Of a stretch of DNA of 32,000 nt, positions 29,528 to 32,000 are shown piece by piece. The position numbers and the translations under genes were made by a program. The notes beneath the pieces are model-generated. The model had not been told where the DNA came from. It did not search any database and worked only from the letters and a program-made list of their open reading frames with translations. Numbering within the stretch: position 1 is the stretch's first letter; each line of letters starts with the position of its first letter. The DNA is from Wigglesworthia glossinidia endosymbiont of Glossina morsitans morsitans (Yale colony) (GTDB taxonomy: Bacteria; Pseudomonadota; Gammaproteobacteria; Enterobacterales; Enterobacteriaceae), in the NCBI RefSeq assembly GCF_000247565.1, contig NC_016893.1:420001-452000 (forward strand), in the 5' to 3' direction.

Positions 29528-30247
29528 ATGAAAATTCAAAAGCTTAGTAAAATTTATGACGGAAAGTCAAAAATTTTGTATAAAACGAATGATCCAAAAA
29601 TATTAGTGCTCGAATTTAAGCAAGATATATCTAAATTTAATGGGAAATACATCAAAAAATTTGAAAAAAAAGATATTATTAATAACAAATTTAGTTATTT
29701 TATCATGAATAAGTTAGCTAAAAAAAATATTCAAACGCATGTAATATCTTTATTTTCGGAAAATCAAACATTAGTCAAAAATTTAAAAATGTTTCCTATA
29801 GAGTGTGTCATACGTAATTATGCCTCTGGATCAATAGTCAAAAGATTTAACTTGGAGGAAAGATCTTTTTTAAATCCGCCTATTTTAGAAATATACCTTA
29901 AAAACGATTCTTTAGGAGATCCAATAATTAATGAAACACACTGTATCACATTTAAATTAATTAATTCTAAACATTTAGAAAATATAAAAAAAACAACAAT
30001 TTACATAAATTATATTTTACAAAAATTATTTTTTAGATCCGAATTGATTCTGATAGATTTTAAGTTAGAATTTGGTTTGTTTAATGGAATTCTGACATTG
30101 GGAGATGAATTTTCTTTGGATAATAGTCGAGTTTGGGAAAAAAAAACATTTAAAAAAATGGATAAAGATATTTTTAGAGATAATCTAAACTACGATATTG
30201 TAGAGTGTTATCAAAAAGTAGCAGAAAAAATTGGATGTTTTATTTAA
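29528..30247 (+). CDS. purC: Phosphoribosylaminoimidazole-succinocarboxamide (SAICAR) synthase
   Basis: YDGKSKILY, ECVIRNYASGS, LIDFKLEFG and LGDEFS.D.SR.W motifs are present. Confidence 0.95.
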   Translation: MKIQKLSKIYDGKSKILYKTNDPKILVLEFKQDISKFNGKYIKKFEKKDIINNKFSYFIMNKLAKKNIQTHVISLFSENQTLVKNLKMFPIECVIRNYASGSIVKRFNLEERSFLNPPILEIYLKNDSLGDPIINETHCITFKLINSKHLENIKKTTIYINYILQKLFFRSELILIDFKLEFGLFNGILTLGDEFSLDNSRVWEKKTFKKMDKDIFRDNLNYDIVECYQKVAEKIGCFI

Positions 30248-30289
30248 TTTGATAAAATTAAAATTAACTTGTTGTACAAATAAATACGT

Positions 30290-31546
30290 TTACAATTTTA
30301 GCCTTTTAATATTTGCACCTAAATTTTTAAGTTTTTTTTCAATACAGTCATATCCTCGATCGATATGTGAAACACAATCTACTATTGTAACGCCATCTGC
30401 AATACACCCCGCAAGAATTAAACTAGCAGAAGATCTTAGATCTTTAGCAATTACTTGCGTGCCAGATAGTCGATTAACTCCATAGCAAAAAATTTTATTA
30501 CTTTTAATAATTGCTTGAGCTCCCATTCTTATAAGTTCTGGAACATGCATAAATCTATTTTCAAAAATTGTTTCTGTAATAATACCCAGTCCTTTAGACA
30601 CTAAATTTAGCAAAGTAAATTGCGCTTGCATATCTGTTGGAAATCCAGGATACGGTTCTGTTTTTATTTCTACAGCTCGGGGTCTTTTTCCATGCATATC
30701 CAATTTAATCCAATTTTTTCCTATATTAATTTTCGCACCTGCTTCATGAAGTTTTTTTAAAACAATATTTAAATTATTAGGATTAGTATCATGACATGTA
30801 ATTTTTCCTCGCGATATTGCACCTGCTACTAAGAATGTGCCGGTTTCTATACGATCTGGTAAAATTCGATATACACCACCTTTTAATTTTTTTACGCCTT
30901 GTATTATAATAGTTTTCGTGCCTACTCCATTTATTTTAGCACCTAATAAAATTAAAAAATTAGCTGTTTCAATTATTTCTGGCTCTCTAGCAGCATTTTC
31001 AATAATAGTCATGCCAATCGCTAAAGTTGCGGCGCTCATAACTGTAACTGTTGCGCCTACACTGATCTTTTTCATTATAATATGTGCTGAATGTAATCGC
31101 CCTTTAACATTGGCTGTAACATAACCGTCTTTAAAATAAATTTTAGCGCCAAGTTTTTTTAATCCATCAATATGTAAATCTACTGGTCTCGGGCCAATAT
31201 CGCATCCTCCAGGAAGAGAAATTTTGCCTTCCCCAAATCTAGCGAGTAAAGGTCCTAAAATCCAAATTGACGCACGTATGTTTTTAACTAATTGACATGG
31301 TGCATGATATATGTTGATGTTTCTAGCATTGACATAAATAGATTTATTTTCTTCAACTGTAGCCCCTAAGTATTTTAATAAACTTATAGCAATTTCAATA
31401 TCTTTTAACTTAGGAACGTTTTGTATTTCAATTTCTTCTTCCGATAATATTGTTGCAAATAAAATAGGCAGCGAGGAATTTTTAGAACCTGATATTATAA
31501 CGTCTCCACTTAATTTTGTTGCACCCTGTATGTAAAATTGATTCAC
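30290..31546 (-). CDS. murA: UDP-N-acetylglucosamine 1-carboxyvinyltransferase
   Basis: [12 protein letters not shown], the active-site [13 protein letters not shown] (Cys115 equivalent) and FPTDMQAQF are present. Confidence 0.97.
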   Translation of the reverse strand: MNQFYIQGATKLSGDVIISGSKNSSLPILFATILSEEEIEIQNVPKLKDIEIAISLLKYLGATVEENKSIYVNARNINIYHAPCQLVKNIRASIWILGPLLARFGEGKISLPGGCDIGPRPVDLHIDGLKKLGAKIYFKDGYVTANVKGRLHSAHIIMKKISVGATVTVMSAATLAIGMTIIENAAREPEIIETANFLILLGAKINGVGTKTIIIQGVKKLKGGVYRILPDRIETGTFLVAGAISRGKITCHDTNPNNLNIVLKKLHEAGAKINIGKNWIKLDMHGKRPRAVEIKTEPYPGFPTDMQAQFTLLNLVSKGLGIITETIFENRFMHVPELIRMGAQAIIKSNKIFCYGVNRLSGTQVIAKDLRSSASLILAGCIADGVTIVDCVSHIDRGYDCIEKKLKNLGANIKRLKL

Positions 31547-31586
31547 GTTTTCTTATCTCTATTAATTTAATTAATAAACATAATAA

Positions 31587-31847
31587 TTACTGTTTTTTAA
31601 GATGAGTATTTTTTTTAATTTCCCATTCTTTTAGAGTATATGTGTAAACAGATATGGCATGAATGTCATTGTTTTTAATATATAATTTTAGAGGTTGATA
31701 AACTATTTGTTCTCTTTGAATACGATTTAATTTAATAAATATATCGCTAATTACAAAAATTTTGAAATATTTTCCATTGTTATCTATATGAATATTATTG
31801 CATTTTAGTGCTTTTTTAAGTATATTTTTGATTGTTTTAATTTCCAT
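31587..31847 (-). CDS. ibaG: BolA-family protein IbaG (YrbA)
   Basis: The 86-aa protein is colinear with E. coli IbaG (..F.I.V.S..F......RQ..VY.PL.....N.IHA.S...YT..EW). It lies immediately upstream of murA, as in E. coli. Confidence 0.88.
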   Translation of the reverse strand: MEIKTIKNILKKALKCNNIHIDNNGKYFKIFVISDIFIKLNRIQREQIVYQPLKLYIKNNDIHAISVYTYTLKEWEIKKNTHLKKQ

Positions 31848-32000
31848 TAAACTTCCTGAATTTTTTAAAAAAAATTATTTTATTAATATTTAACTTACTC
31901 ATTTTATTATAAAATATTTAATGCATATCGAACAATAATTTTTAATATACAAAGTATTAATTTTTCTTAATATTGTGTTATAAATTTGTTACTAACGAAA

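Noticed and set aside
31848-32000. A possible 3' end of an upstream minus-strand gene (such as mlaB) at the window edge. One frame reads ...FVSNKFITQY*.
   Set aside because: Only about 10 codons are visible before a stop, which is too short to identify. The region may simply be noncoding.

Overview
The window is extremely AT-rich (roughly 20-25% GC by eye) and gene-dense, with about 34 intact housekeeping genes and one tRNA. Every protein aligns clearly to an Enterobacterales orthologue and sits in E. coli-like synteny blocks. This is the signature of a strongly reduced gammaproteobacterial nutritional endosymbiont. It resembles Wigglesworthia, but the organism cannot be confirmed without a search. 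Gene order is: sufA (3' end)-sufBCDSE, lpp, pyrG-eno, an L,D-transpeptidase, ychF-pth-prs-ispE-lolB, hemA-prfA-prmC, kdsA, nadE, fumC, a PLD/Nuc-like secreted nuclease, nth, tyrS-pdxH, slyA, rnt, grxD, ribE, tRNA-Val(GAC), purM, dapA-purC, murA-ibaG. I found no CRISPR array, no transposase, integrase or phage gene, no long repeat and no recognisable defence system. I do not see a convincing novel multi-gene system here. The observations most worth a second look are these: (1) lolB is split by a 1-nt frameshift inside an A9/T9 homopolymer, while lpp, which depends on it, is intact. (2) A single-HKD PLD-family (Nuc-like) protein with a signal peptide sits between fumC and nth, where E. coli has nothing comparable. 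(3) slyA is unusually well conserved and locally GC-rich, is followed by the only GC-rich hairpin in the window, and is preceded by the longest noncoding stretch. (4) A G/C-containing palindrome lies beside an extended -10 element upstream of dapA. All antisense ORFs in the track are treated as shadow ORFs.
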